Origin: Polyangiaceae bacterium
GTDB lineage: Bacteria; Myxococcota_A; Polyangia; Polyangiales; Polyangiaceae
NCBI GenBank assembly: GCA_965222375.1
Contig: CBDCTZ010000016.1
Coordinates: 1,952,001 to 2,016,000, forward strand
DNA length: 64,000 nt
Reading direction: 5' to 3'
Below the pieces are notes generated by a model that had not been told where the DNA came from, did no database searches, and saw only the letters and a list, made by a program, of their open reading frames with translations. A program made the position numbers and the translations under genes. Positions 8,603 to 18,718 of this stretch are shown one piece after another; position 1 is the first letter of the stretch, and each line of letters begins with the position of its first letter.

Positions 8603-9625
8603 TCAGAAGAATCGGCCAAACGGATCGCTCGCTTTGGGCGCAGGAGGGTTTGTGCTCGGCCGAGGCGCTGCGCTGGGCTTGGGCGAGATCGGGGGGCTCT
8701 TCGCGGTCGGACTGATTGGCGACTGCGCGGTGGTCGTAGGCGCCGGCATCTTCGTAGGTGCGGGGGTCGCAACCGGCGTCAGTGCCGTGGACTTCGCTGG
8801 CGTGGTTTTCGCGGGAGCCGTTTGTCTGGCAGTCGGACTTGGAGTCGCGAGTGCGGCAGGCGCAACTCGAGTTGACGCACTCTCTGGCTCAGTGGTCCGT
8901 GCTTCGCCACTTTTCTTCGACCAACCCGTCGCCAGCACTGCCACCACTCCACCCAACAGCAACACCCCCACCACCGCGAACTTCCACCCCCGCGCTCGAT
9001 GGGTTGGTGCGCCGTCGACGACGGTTGGCTCGTTATCCGTCGTTGTGTCTGACTCGGTGGCCGGGGCATCCGACTGCGTAGGTGGCGCGTCGTGCTCCGT
9101 GGCTGCCGCCTTGGCTCTCGCCAGCGTACGCAGGCTCTTCTGCGTGGTCGCGCGGCGTGGATCCGCCTCCGGATCGACCTTGATGGTCTCCGTCTCTATC
9201 GTCTCATGATCCGTGGTCGGCGGCAGTGGGCGCGCTTCTGCGTATTCCGTCGCTTGCAACGGGATCTCGATTGGAGTGGGATCAATGGGCTCAGTGCGCT
9301 GGTGACTTCCTGCCAGCGGTGCAGGCGCCGGTTTCGGCAGTGGTTTCCCCTGCTTGGCCGCCTCGATGAGCTCGGGAGGCAAATCTCGGAAATCGTCTGG
9401 CTGAAATTCCTGGGTGTGTAGGGTGTTCGGTTGCGACTTGGGTCCTTGCGATGGGCCTAGGCCGGCTAGTGTGTTCTGCTCGCCCTCGATCGGCGCAGCC
9501 GAGGCGGGGGGCTTCGAGTCCTGGTTTGGTGGTGGATTCAAGCCGCGAAGTGTCCTGCCACTGCCGGGCTTGGCGCCGGTGTCGACGCCCCGGAGGGTGC
9601 TGCCGTTTTTGGCGCCTTCGCTCAT
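8603..9625 (-). CDS. Pro/Thr-rich single-TM hypothetical protein (MSEGAKNG...), module 2
   Basis: Paralog of 13413-14549; TM segment WKFAVVGVLLLGGVVAVLA; tail DPFGRFF. Confidence 0.75.
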   Translation of the reverse strand: MSEGAKNGSTLRGVDTGAKPGSGRTLRGLNPPPNQDSKPPASAAPIEGEQNTLAGLGPSQGPKSQPNTLHTQEFQPDDFRDLPPELIEAAKQGKPLPKPAPAPLAGSHQRTEPIDPTPIEIPLQATEYAEARPLPPTTDHETIETETIKVDPEADPRRATTQKSLRTLARAKAAATEHDAPPTQSDAPATESDTTTDNEPTVVDGAPTHRARGWKFAVVGVLLLGGVVAVLATGWSKKSGEARTTEPESASTRVAPAALATPSPTARQTAPAKTTPAKSTALTPVATPAPTKMPAPTTTAQSPISPTAKSPPISPKPSAAPRPSTNPPAPKASDPFGRFF

Positions 9626-9632
9626 GCGAGGG

Positions 9633-10479
9633 TTTGCTGCCCCCGCCCCGCCTCGCTGCGCTCGGCTTGCCCCCCCCTTATGCCGTGCTCGGCGGCCGTC
9701 AGAGCTTCGCGCGAGGCACCGGGGAGCAGGTGGTCTCGCGAAGCGCGCCGAGCCGCCTGCGCGCGGCATGGGCGGGGCTGCGTCGCGTTGGCGTGTAGTG
9801 GAATCGCGACGGCACAACTGGCGGCTTCTGGGTCGTACTCGTACTCGTGCTCGTGCTCGAACTCGTTGTCGTGCTCGTACTCGCACTGGCACTCGTACTC
9901 GCACCCGCATGACCCCCATTTCGAGCATCGCGTCGGAGTCTAGCTCGGGGTGCGCCTGGCTCAAGGCAATTGCGTGCACCAGGGCGTATCGGGCGCTGCA
10001 GCGCTCGAGTTGCTGACAAAGAGCGTTGGCTCGCGCTTTCGCCTCACGTCAGCCCGGGGCTGCCGTCGGGCTTTTGGGGTGAAGCCCGCCAACAGCCCCG
10101 GGCCTTGGAGGTCGATATGCAAAAGCGCAAACAGAGCTTCTTTCGTCGTCGCCAGCTCGAGGAGCGCGCTCGCCTGATGCGCGGGTCGCCCAGTTGGCCG
10201 GAGCAGGTGCTGTTTGGCGCTATCCGTGGTGGCCGGTTGGGAGTGTGCGTGAAGCGTCAGGTGGTGCTGGGCGAGTACATCGCTGACTTCGTGGTGGCGT
10301 CTCGGAAGCTCGTGATTGAGGTCGACGGGCCGCATCATGCCCTGCGCCGCAGTGCCGATGCGCGGCGAGACCGTGCGCTAGCGCGTCTCGGGTGGCGCGT
10401 GTTGCGGGTGAGTGCGGAGGATGTGTGTTGTCGGTTGGAGGATGTGGTGGGCGCGATCCGGGCTGCGGTCGGGTCGTAG
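9633..10479 (+). repeat. DUF559-carrying repeat unit, copy 3
   Basis: Near-identical to copies 1 and 2. Confidence 0.9.
10117..10479 (+). CDS. DUF559 endonuclease domain protein, copy 3
   Basis: Near-identical to 869-1231. Confidence 0.9.
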   Translation: MQKRKQSFFRRRQLEERARLMRGSPSWPEQVLFGAIRGGRLGVCVKRQVVLGEYIADFVVASRKLVIEVDGPHHALRRSADARRDRALARLGWRVLRVSAEDVCCRLEDVVGAIRAAVGS

Positions 10480-10553
10480 GAGGGGCCTAGTGTGGGCGCC
10501 GCTTCGCTTGGTTGCACGACGTGCAGGATGCGTGGCCAACGCATGGGGTCTTG

Positions 10554-10784
10554 CTAGGCGCGCTTCTTGCGCTTCTTCGTCGTCTTCTTGGCTCGACTGG
10601 GCTGGGCGCTCGCCTGTTTCGGCGGTTTCTTCCCGAGTTTGGCGCGTCGAGCAGCGCCGCGGATCATTTGTCGGGTCCAGTCGCTGATGCCTTGGCCGTG
10701 TAGGGCGGCCAGAGCAACGACCATTGCGTGCTCCTCTTCGCTGAGCACCACGTTGAGGCGCTTGGTGCGCTCGATGACGGCCAT
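10554..10784 (-). CDS. Small RHH-like DNA-binding protein
   Basis: RTKRLNVVLSEEEHAMVVALAALHGQGISDWTRQMI; paralog of 5743-5967. Confidence 0.7.
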   Translation of the reverse strand: MAVIERTKRLNVVLSEEEHAMVVALAALHGQGISDWTRQMIRGAARRAKLGKKPPKQASAQPSRAKKTTKKRKKRA

Positions 10785-10788
10785 CGTG

Positions 10789-12285
10789 CTACTTCACCTC
10801 GACGACGTCCTGCGCGAGGCCGTCGATGCCGTCGTTGCTGCCGGGTTTGCCGCCGATGCCGGGCGCGCCCTTCTTGCCCGGGGTGATTGTCGTGTTGCTG
10901 TCGACGGTGGGTGCGGTGCCTTTGTGGACAATGCCAGCGCTCACTCCTCCGGCTCCGCCGCCGCCGGCTCCACCGTTGCCGCCCGGACCGCCGATACCAC
11001 CCTGGCAGCCGAAGTTGTCTCCGTTGCCGCGTGCACCACCCGGTGACTGTCCAGGTTGGCCCGCAACGCCCTTTCCACCGGCTCCTGCGTCGTCACTTGC
11101 TAGCTGGCTCTGCGCCACTGACACATTTGAGTCCAGCACCAGCAGCGCGATGCTTGCTCCGCCTCCATCGCCGCCACTCGCGGCAGCTCCGCCGCAACCA
11201 CCACAGCCCCCGCTTCCGCCACCGCCGCCGTCCGTCGAGCCGCCCCCGCCCCCCCCACCCTGGCCAGGCGCGCCGACAGTGCCCTGCGCACCCGATGTTG
11301 CCGTCCAGCCTCCCGACGTCAGACTGCCGAGCGTGGCTGCCCCAGTGCCATGCTGATCACCTGCTCCCGCGCTTCCGTCTTGACCGCTGGTGCACGTCTT
11401 GCCGGCACTCCCGCCACCCCCAAGTGTTCCGGTCTGGCCGGGCCCGCCGCCGGTCGCGCTAACCCCACCGTTGCCGCCGGTTCCGCCAATGGTCGTGCCC
11501 CCCGCAGGACAGATGCAAGACTTGACCGCGCCGCCGGTGTCCGCGGTTGCTGAATTGCCCTTCAGACTCGCGGCCGAGGGTTGGGTCACTGACTGCAAGG
11601 TTCCATCCTTGCCTTTCGCGCCCTTGCCAGCGACCAGGTTCACGCGGGCAAGGGCAGCATCAGAGCTGTTCTTGACGAAGGCTGTGATGCTGCTTTCGCC
11701 CGGGTCGCTGGCGTCCATGGCTTCAAAGTTGATGTCTTCAATCACGACGGGCGCGCTGGCGGCGTCGATGTCGAGAACAATGCCTCGCGTGGTGGGTTTG
11801 ACTTCGGGGCGGCCCGTGGCGGCGTAGGCCCACGCGCCACAGTCGAAGCCTCCGTAGAGCTTGGCGCCGCCATCAATCGTGAGCCTTTCGTCATAGGTGG
11901 TATTGCACACCAACACAATCTTGCCGCTGGACTTGGCTGCGGTGAGACCCTCGGAAATTGTCTTGAACGGACTGTTCTTGGACCCGCTCCCGGTGCTGCT
12001 TGCAGTGCCGTCGACGAACACCGCGTGCTCGTCCGCGACGAGGCACGACTCCTCGCTAGGGCTCTTCGTGGTGTCGCATGTGCCGCCGTCGCCGCCGCCT
12101 GTGCCACCTTGGCCGCCTGAGCCGGAGGTGCCGCCGAGGCCGGAGTCGCCACCTGCACCAGACGCGCCGCCGGTGGTGGCGCAGGTGTCTGTGTTTTTGC
12201 AGTCACCTGCGAGATCGGAGCACCCTCCCACAACGCACACCGCCACGAGTGCAAGCGGTCCAGCTCCAATGTAGTGGTACCTCAT
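10789..12285 (-). CDS. Gly-rich (PE-PGRS-like) secreted lipoprotein, module 3
   Basis: VVGGC lipobox-like; same architecture; C-terminus GKPGSNDGIDGLAQDVVEVK identical to module 2. Confidence 0.8.
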   Translation of the reverse strand: MRYHYIGAGPLALVAVCVVGGCSDLAGDCKNTDTCATTGGASGAGGDSGLGGTSGSGGQGGTGGGDGGTCDTTKSPSEESCLVADEHAVFVDGTASSTGSGSKNSPFKTISEGLTAAKSSGKIVLVCNTTYDERLTIDGGAKLYGGFDCGAWAYAATGRPEVKPTTRGIVLDIDAASAPVVIEDINFEAMDASDPGESSITAFVKNSSDAALARVNLVAGKGAKGKDGTLQSVTQPSAASLKGNSATADTGGAVKSCICPAGGTTIGGTGGNGGVSATGGGPGQTGTLGGGGSAGKTCTSGQDGSAGAGDQHGTGAATLGSLTSGGWTATSGAQGTVGAPGQGGGGGGGSTDGGGGGSGGCGGCGGAAASGGDGGGASIALLVLDSNVSVAQSQLASDDAGAGGKGVAGQPGQSPGGARGNGDNFGCQGGIGGPGGNGGAGGGGAGGVSAGIVHKGTAPTVDSNTTITPGKKGAPGIGGKPGSNDGIDGLAQDVVEVK

Positions 12286-12318
12286 ACTCAAACCCTCCAA
12301 GCAACAGACACCGTCTAC

Positions 12319-13413
12319 CTAGAACCGACCACCCAGCGACAGCTTGGCGCCTGTGGGTGCAACGTTGAGTTCAGGTCGCACCCGCGCGGCGCGTTCGGAC
12401 GCTGGCCACATGATGTAGGCGACGGTGCCCAACGCTGCAGCGCCTGCGATGCCAAAACCAACGTAGGAGATGTTGCGTTTGCGGTCGGTGGAGTCGATCG
12501 CTTCGGCCAACTCGTCGCACCTTGGGTCCGAGCTTCGCGAGCAACTTCCATCACCAGGCAATTGGTTGTCCAAGTTCTCGGCGTCGGACTCGCTCCCGTC
12601 TGCTGAAAGCGTGAACCCCACGCCGACCGCAAGGCCCGCCAGGGTGACACCGCCGCCAATCAGCACTCCGGGAAGAATGTCGCGCTTGGTGGCTGCGTTT
12701 GTGCTGTCGTGACCGTGCTGCGAGCCTGACGGTCGCGATCCTGAGTTGGAGAGCCCGCTGTCAACAAACGGTGGCGTCGCCGTTGACTTTGCCAGCACGA
12801 GTGAGACCGACTGCTTCCCTCCACGTGTCGCCGTCACGCTTCGTTCCTTGGGGTCGTGACCTTTCGCAGACGCTCGGATCGAGTGCTGGCCGGGTGCTAG
12901 GAAGAGCGTTTCGGCCTCAAGGTCGACTTTGTCGCCGTCCACACGAAGAACTGCATCGTTTGGTTCCACGCTGACGGTGAGAACCGTCACTTCCCGTTTA
13001 GCGGACTTGAACAGATCTTCGACGGCAGCACGCTTCTTGGCATTCTCGCTGGGCGGGAAATGGCGCAACGAGAAAGAAAGGTACCGCGCTGCGTCAGCAT
13101 GCTTTCCCAGTTTCAGCGCGGCGTGACCAAGATTCGTCGCCGTATCGTAAGAGGGTTGAACTTGGAATGAACGCAGAAACAGCCCGTGGGCCTTCGACCA
13201 TTTCTTCGCTTTCCAGGCAGCCTTGCCTTGCTTGAACAAATCGGCCGCCGCTCCTGCTTTCGCCGCTCCATTCGCAGGCTGCGCCATCGCGCTGGAAGGC
13301 GACAGCAGCGCCGGCCCAACCAGTGCCAAGACCAACATTGGCCCGAATGCCGGGGATCCGAACCGTGGGAACAACGAGAAGCGTCGACTTTGGAAGAAAG
13401 ACATCGCTGACAT
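12319..13413 (-). CDS. TPR + PEGA domain protein, module 3
   Basis: ADLFKQGKAAW...ATNLGHAALKLGKHADAARYL; TVSVEPNDAVLRVDG; ends GGRF; start overlaps the upstream stop. Confidence 0.85.
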   Translation of the reverse strand: MSAMSFFQSRRFSLFPRFGSPAFGPMLVLALVGPALLSPSSAMAQPANGAAKAGAAADLFKQGKAAWKAKKWSKAHGLFLRSFQVQPSYDTATNLGHAALKLGKHADAARYLSFSLRHFPPSENAKKRAAVEDLFKSAKREVTVLTVSVEPNDAVLRVDGDKVDLEAETLFLAPGQHSIRASAKGHDPKERSVTATRGGKQSVSLVLAKSTATPPFVDSGLSNSGSRPSGSQHGHDSTNAATKRDILPGVLIGGGVTLAGLAVGVGFTLSADGSESDAENLDNQLPGDGSCSRSSDPRCDELAEAIDSTDRKRNISYVGFGIAGAAALGTVAYIMWPASERAARVRPELNVAPTGAKLSLGGRF

Positions 13414-14549
13414 CAGAAAATCAACTCATCAGGGCCCGAAGATGAAGTCCCGGGATCTGATGGCGCGGGCTTCGGTGCGGACTCCCGTGAAGCGGCTCCA
13501 GCGCCGGCCTGCGTCTTCGGCTTGGCCGAAGCACTCGGCGGTGCGGCCTTTGGTTTTGCGGCAGGTCGTGACTCTGTGCCCGCTTGCTTGACCTTTGTCT
13601 TCGAGGACGCTGGCGCCTTGACTGGCGCTGGAGCCGTGACTGGTACGACTGGCGTGGACTTCGCTGGCGTGGCTCTCGTGGGAGTTGTTTGCCTCGCAGT
13701 TAGATTTGGAGTCGCGAGTGGTGCAGGCGCAACTTGAGTTGACGCACCTTCTGGTTCGGTGGTGCGCGCTTCTCGATGGTTCTTCGACCAACCCGTCGCC
13801 AGCACCGCCACCAGTCCACCCAAGAGCAACACCCCCACCAGCGCGAACTTCCATCCTCGTCCTCGATCGGTTGGTGCTCCGTCGACGATGGTTGGCTCGG
13901 TGTCCGTCGTTGCCGTGTCCGTCGCGGCGGCCGGCGCGTCAGACTGCGTGGGTGGCGCGTCAGACTGCGTAGGTAGCGCATCGGATTGCACAGGCGGCAC
14001 GTCTGACTCGGTGGGTGACGCGTCGGGGTCGGTGGCTGCCGCCTTGGCTCTCGCCAGCGTACGCAAACTCTTCTGCGTGGTCGCTCTCCGTGGATCCGCC
14101 TCGGGATCGACCTTGATTGTCTCCGTCTCGATCGTCTTGTGATCCGTCGTCGGCGGCAGCGGCCGCGCCTCCGCGTATTCCGTCGCTTGCAACGGGATTT
14201 CCACGGGCGTCGGATCAATGGGCTCAGTGCGCTGGTGACTTCCTGCGAGAGGCGCAGCTGCTGGCTTCGGCAGTGGCTTCCCCTGCTTGGCCAGCTCGAT
14301 GAGCTCGGGCGGCAAATCTCGAAACTCGTCCGGGTGGAACTCCTGCGTGTGCAGGGTGTTCGGTGGCGGCTTGGGTCCTTGCGACGGGCCCATGTCGGCT
14401 AGTGTGTTCTGCTCGCCCTCGACCGAGGCGGGGGGCTTCGAATCCTGGTTTGGTGGTGGATTCAAGCCGCGAAGCGTCCTGCCACTGCCGGGCTCGGCGC
14501 CGGCGTTGACGCCCCGGAGGGTGCTGCCGTTTTTGGCGCCTTCGCTCAT
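13413..14549 (-). CDS. Pro/Thr-rich single-TM hypothetical protein (MSEGAKNG...), module 3, full length
   Basis: Paralog of 8603-9625; internal DAPPTQS-type heptad repeats; TM; tail GPDELIF. Confidence 0.75.
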   Translation of the reverse strand: MSEGAKNGSTLRGVNAGAEPGSGRTLRGLNPPPNQDSKPPASVEGEQNTLADMGPSQGPKPPPNTLHTQEFHPDEFRDLPPELIELAKQGKPLPKPAAAPLAGSHQRTEPIDPTPVEIPLQATEYAEARPLPPTTDHKTIETETIKVDPEADPRRATTQKSLRTLARAKAAATDPDASPTESDVPPVQSDALPTQSDAPPTQSDAPAAATDTATTDTEPTIVDGAPTDRGRGWKFALVGVLLLGGLVAVLATGWSKNHREARTTEPEGASTQVAPAPLATPNLTARQTTPTRATPAKSTPVVPVTAPAPVKAPASSKTKVKQAGTESRPAAKPKAAPPSASAKPKTQAGAGAASRESAPKPAPSDPGTSSSGPDELIF

Positions 14550-14706
14550 GCGAGGAGTGCCTCGGGTGGAGGGGACGACGACCCGCATGGACGATTCGTA
14601 GCCCTCTCGGTGACTGCGGCCAAGTCTTGTGGCTTCATCGGTGGCCTCGCACATCGACCGCCCCCAGTCGGTCCCATCTCGATCGAGTTTCCACTTTTTT
14701 TCAGCA

Positions 14707-16980
14707 TCACAATCCGGAGGACGGGAGCCGTCTCGGTGATGGGGCAATGGTAGCAGCTGGAGCGGGGGCGACGCCGGTTCTGGCCGGTGATTTGGGGCGT
14801 TTCGGCCCGGCGACCGGTGGTCCGGGCTGGGCCGCTGGGCTGGCCCGCGGAGTGCTGGGCGCCTTGTCAGGCTGAGCTCGGGGTGCGGATGCGGTCGGGG
14901 TGGGTACGGGGGAGGCGATCGCGGGAGGGGCGATTGCGGGAGGGGCGATTGCGGGAGGGGCGATTGCGGGAGGGGCGATTGCGGGAGGGTGCGACACGCC
15001 AGGCGCTCCTTTTCCAGCCGGCGGGCCAGGCACGGGGGGACTGGGCGCTGCCTCATGTACGGGTTTCGGGAGCAGCCATCCGAGTGCACCGACGCACGTT
15101 GCCGCGGTCAGCGCGATCGCGAAGGCCAGCAGCGGGTCGAAGCGTGCGCCCTCCGCCCCGATCGCTGGGGGCGCGTTTGGCTTCGGTCTCGCCACTTGCG
15201 CGTGGGCGGTCTGGTCGCGGGCGGCCTCTCGGCTGGGGGCTGGCACGGCGTTGGGTTGCGCGGTGTCGTTCGCGCGTTCGGGGGGCGGGGCTGGGGCTGG
15301 TTCTTCGGATGGGTTCGGATCGTCGGAGAGATCGATGGACTCGGTTTCGACGCCCAGGTCCCGGGTGCTAGCGGCGGAGAGAACGAACTTTGCCAACTCG
15401 GCACGCGCCAGCTCCGAGTCCTCGGGGCCGCCGAGAGCGAGTGCCAACAGTGCGCCGCGCGGTGCGGGATGCGACTCGCTGGGCGTGCGCGCGAATGCCA
15501 CCAACACGGAGAAGGCGAAGTTCCGCGTGTCCTCGTCCAGCTGGGCCATTCGCTTCAATGCGTTGTTTGCGGCATCGGACAGGTGCTCCGGCGCAAGCAA
15601 GACGGCAGCTCCGCGCAGCAGGTCGATGCGATCCGTGTAGTGCGGTTGGGAACGACCTGGCTTCCAACCGCCCTCCAGCGCCGTCCGTCGAATGGTGTTC
15701 AAGACATAGCCAACTCGAACGCCCTCGCGCAGCCCTGCAGCGCCAAAAGCATGGCGGTGACTCGCGAGCACGGTTGGCCTGGTCTGCGCCATGCCCGAAG
15801 CGAGGTCTCGCAGCAAGCCGCGGAAACGCCGGTCCTGACCTTCCACGGCAGCCATGGTGCGCATGCCGCGTTCGATGTCGGTGAGCTCCGGCGACGCGCA
15901 GGCGAAGCGTGCGGCGCCACACACCAGTGCGGCGTCCATCGAGACCTGAGGCTCAGCTCCGCCAATTGGCACCGGCCCGGAGGCGTGGGAGGAGACCAGT
16001 TTGCGGGAGCTGCGGTTTTTTGCGGGATCAACGTTCGCGCCCGTGCGGTCTGATGGGCTTCGTGCGGCTGGCGCTCCGACTCGCGTCAGTGCCTTGCTCA
16101 GATCCGAGGAAAGCTCCGCCATGGATTGCTGGCGCGCGTCCGGCTCTTTGGCGAGTGCTCGCATCACGATCGCGTTCACGTAGTCCGGCACGTCCGGAGC
16201 GAACTCGACCACGGACCGGGGCTCCGTGAAGATCTGGCGCAGACCGAGCTCCATGGGTGCGGGAAGGTCGAGCGGGCCGTCGCCTTCGCTCCAGCAATGC
16301 CGTCCTGCGAACATTTCGTACAGGATATGGCCAACGGCGTACACGTCGGAGCGCGCATCGGAGCGCCCAGCCTGCAATGCCTCGGGCGCTGCATAGGCCT
16401 GAGTGCCGAGCACTCTCAATCGGTCGGTGGTGCGAAGCTCGACGGGTCGGAGCTTGTTCCTGATCTTGCTGACCCCGAAGTCGAGGATCTTGATTGTATC
16501 GTCGGCTTCGAGCACGAAGACGTTCTCTGGCTTCAGATCACGATGCACGACGTCGAGCGCGTGGGCCGCGGCGCAGCCATCGGCGATTTGCACCCCGAAA
16601 CGCAACGCTCGCGCGAGCTCCAAGGCCCCGCGTTCGTTGAGCTCTTCGCGCAGGTTTCTGCCCTCCAGAAGCTGCATCGCGATCCAGACCACTCCGCTGC
16701 AAGGCGATTGCTCGGTGGTCACGCCGCCGTCGCTGATCGGGACCACGTTCGGATGCGAGATTTTCGCCAGCGCGCGGGCTTCCGCCTGCATTCGCTGGGC
16801 GTAGTCCTTCTCCTGTCGGAAAAGCACCTTTAGGGCGACTCGAAGCCCACTCCAATTGTGTGTGGCCTCGTAGATGGCGCCGATGCCACCCTTCGCGAGC
16901 GGACGAACGATGTGGTAGCGGCCCTCGATTTCATCCCCGGCCTCGAACGGCCATTCGCTTTGGTCATCTCGGGTGTCCAT
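14707..16980 (-). CDS. Hanks-type Ser/Thr protein kinase with TM and Pro-rich C-terminus
   Basis: KGGIGAIY, VALKVL, HRDLKPEN, ILDFG, GTQAYAAPE. Confidence 0.95.
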   Translation of the reverse strand: MDTRDDQSEWPFEAGDEIEGRYHIVRPLAKGGIGAIYEATHNWSGLRVALKVLFRQEKDYAQRMQAEARALAKISHPNVVPISDGGVTTEQSPCSGVVWIAMQLLEGRNLREELNERGALELARALRFGVQIADGCAAAHALDVVHRDLKPENVFVLEADDTIKILDFGVSKIRNKLRPVELRTTDRLRVLGTQAYAAPEALQAGRSDARSDVYAVGHILYEMFAGRHCWSEGDGPLDLPAPMELGLRQIFTEPRSVVEFAPDVPDYVNAIVMRALAKEPDARQQSMAELSSDLSKALTRVGAPAARSPSDRTGANVDPAKNRSSRKLVSSHASGPVPIGGAEPQVSMDAALVCGAARFACASPELTDIERGMRTMAAVEGQDRRFRGLLRDLASGMAQTRPTVLASHRHAFGAAGLREGVRVGYVLNTIRRTALEGGWKPGRSQPHYTDRIDLLRGAAVLLAPEHLSDAANNALKRMAQLDEDTRNFAFSVLVAFARTPSESHPAPRGALLALALGGPEDSELARAELAKFVLSAASTRDLGVETESIDLSDDPNPSEEPAPAPPPERANDTAQPNAVPAPSREAARDQTAHAQVARPKPNAPPAIGAEGARFDPLLAFAIALTAATCVGALGWLLPKPVHEAAPSPPVPGPPAGKGAPGVSHPPAIAPPAIAPPAIAPPAIAPPAIASPVPTPTASAPRAQPDKAPSTPRASPAAQPGPPVAGPKRPKSPARTGVAPAPAATIAPSPRRLPSSGL
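14914..14989. repeat. 15-bp tandem repeat x5 (PPAIA) inside the kinase tail
   Basis: (gcgattgcgggaggg)n read directly. Confidence 0.9.
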
Positions 16981-17073
16981 TTTGGGGATCTGCAGTTCGG
17001 CGCCGCGGTGGTGCGAGTCTAGCTCGCGGAGTCAGCTCTGTCAGTCGATGCGGCGGAGCTGGCCGGTTTGGCG

Positions 17074-18495
17074 TTATTGACGCGCACTGGCGAGCGCCAC
17101 GCCGGTGCCGAGGACTGCACTCGCGACGATTGCGGCGACGAGCGTCGTGCGGGAGTGCAAGCCCACCACGAAAGCCAGCGCGCCCATCACCAAGGCGGAT
17201 GCGACCGCCCCGGTTGCGTATGGATACGCGGAGAGGCCGAACGGCGCCGGCTGGAGTCGAGCGAGATCGGACGCTCGCTGGGCTGCGCCGTCGCGCTTGC
17301 CGCGTGTAGCCCCGGGCCGCGCGCTTCTCGTCGAGGCAACCGAAGTGACCGGGGGTGGTTGTTCCGCAAGGGGCTGGGTCGGGTCGCGCCTCGTTGGTTC
17401 AGAGGTAGGGACGGCATGTGGAGGCGTCCGATCTCGTACGGTTTGATCGGTTCGATGGACAGGTGCATCATCGGCGGCAGCAAGCCCGCCCGTCGGCTGC
17501 GTTCGATCGGACGCAAGGGCGTCGGCGACGGGCGGCCCGGCGGTTGGCTGCGTGTGGCCTGGCCCGGCCGTGGCGGCATCCTGCTGCGCTGGGCTGAGCA
17601 GGGTGTCGATGCTGCCGATGGAGCGGTCTGCAGCCGGAGGGGGCGCAGGCTGCGCGGCATTGGTGGCTGACGGAGCGCGACTGACCGCGGCGAGCGCGGA
17701 CGAGAACTCCGCTGCATCGCGGAAGCGATCTTCTGGACGTTTTTGGAGCGCCCGCAAGACGACTTCGTCCAACGCTGGCGGCAGCGTCGGGTTGATGGAA
17801 GTCAGCGGCGAAGGAGCTGCAGTTAGCTGTGCTTCGAAAAGCTCGCGCGTCGAGTGCAGGTGCTCAAAGGGGCCCTTGCCGTTGACCAAGGCGTAGAGCA
17901 GCAATCCAACGGCATAGAGATCAGCCCGATGGTCAACCACTCGGCCCAGGACCTGCTCCGGACTGATGTAGCGCGGTGTCCCGATGACCGCGCCCTCGGC
18001 CGTTGGAATGGAGGGTGGCGCCGGTGCGCCCGAGGCGCCAGCCAGTACCTTTGCGATCCCGAAATCCAAAAGCTTGACGACCTGGCGGCCTGCTCGATCA
18101 CGGTGCAAGAACACGTTCTCTGGTTTGATGTCGCGATGAACCAGGCCCCGGGAGTGTGCGGAGCCGAGGCCGTCGAGCACCTGCCGGACGATCTCGAGCG
18201 AGTCCGAAAGCAGCGGCGGCCCCTCTCGCCTCAGGCACTCGCCGACCGTGCAGCCATTCAGGCACTCCATCACGTAGAACGGCCGGCCGGCGGCAGTCGT
18301 ACCGAAATCTGTAACGGAGACGATGTTTGGGTGGGAGAGCGCGGCTAGCGCTTGGGCTTCCAGGCGCATTCGCTCAACGATGCCAGGGTCGCGCGCAAAC
18401 TCGATGCGTAGCAGCTTGGCAACCACATCTTTCCCGAGCACCTCGTGCTCCGCAAGGTAGACCTCGCCCATCCCCCCCTCGCCGAGCAGTCCCAC
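17074..18495 (-). CDS. Hanks-type Ser/Thr protein kinase with C-terminal TMs (true start uncertain, probably slightly upstream)
   Basis: GEGGMGEVY, VVAKLL, HRDIKPEN, LLDFG, GTPRYISPE; the frame stays open upstream to ~18555. Confidence 0.92.
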   Translation of the reverse strand: MGLLGEGGMGEVYLAEHEVLGKDVVAKLLRIEFARDPGIVERMRLEAQALAALSHPNIVSVTDFGTTAAGRPFYVMECLNGCTVGECLRREGPPLLSDSLEIVRQVLDGLGSAHSRGLVHRDIKPENVFLHRDRAGRQVVKLLDFGIAKVLAGASGAPAPPSIPTAEGAVIGTPRYISPEQVLGRVVDHRADLYAVGLLLYALVNGKGPFEHLHSTRELFEAQLTAAPSPLTSINPTLPPALDEVVLRALQKRPEDRFRDAAEFSSALAAVSRAPSATNAAQPAPPPAADRSIGSIDTLLSPAQQDAATAGPGHTQPTAGPPVADALASDRTQPTGGLAAADDAPVHRTDQTVRDRTPPHAVPTSEPTRRDPTQPLAEQPPPVTSVASTRSARPGATRGKRDGAAQRASDLARLQPAPFGLSAYPYATGAVASALVMGALAFVVGLHSRTTLVAAIVASAVLGTGVALASARQ

Positions 18496-18718
18496 CGTTC
18501 GATACTTCGTGCCCGCGAGCGGGTTGGTGTCAGGTGTCAGGATTTCCTCGGTGGGTCATGGTGATTCGGTGTAGCGCTGCTTTCCACGAGCCAGCTTCGC
18601 ACGTGTTGCCACGAGCCGGAAGATGCCGCCGCCGAGGGGGCAGAGGCTATCCGGCGGATACCAAGTCCTCGGCGCTGTGGCGGGCGATCGCGGCCAGAGA
18701 ATCCATGTGGGGCCGCCC

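Noticed and set aside
448..10479. Integron/attC interpretation of the repeated units
   Set aside because: No RYYYAAC…GTTRRRY box pairs recognised and no integrase in the window
1144..13000. Numerous Pro/Ala-rich plus-strand ORFs opposite the Gly-rich and PEGA genes
   Set aside because: Shadow ORFs of GC-rich coding sequence; the minus-strand genes have signal peptides and recognisable domains
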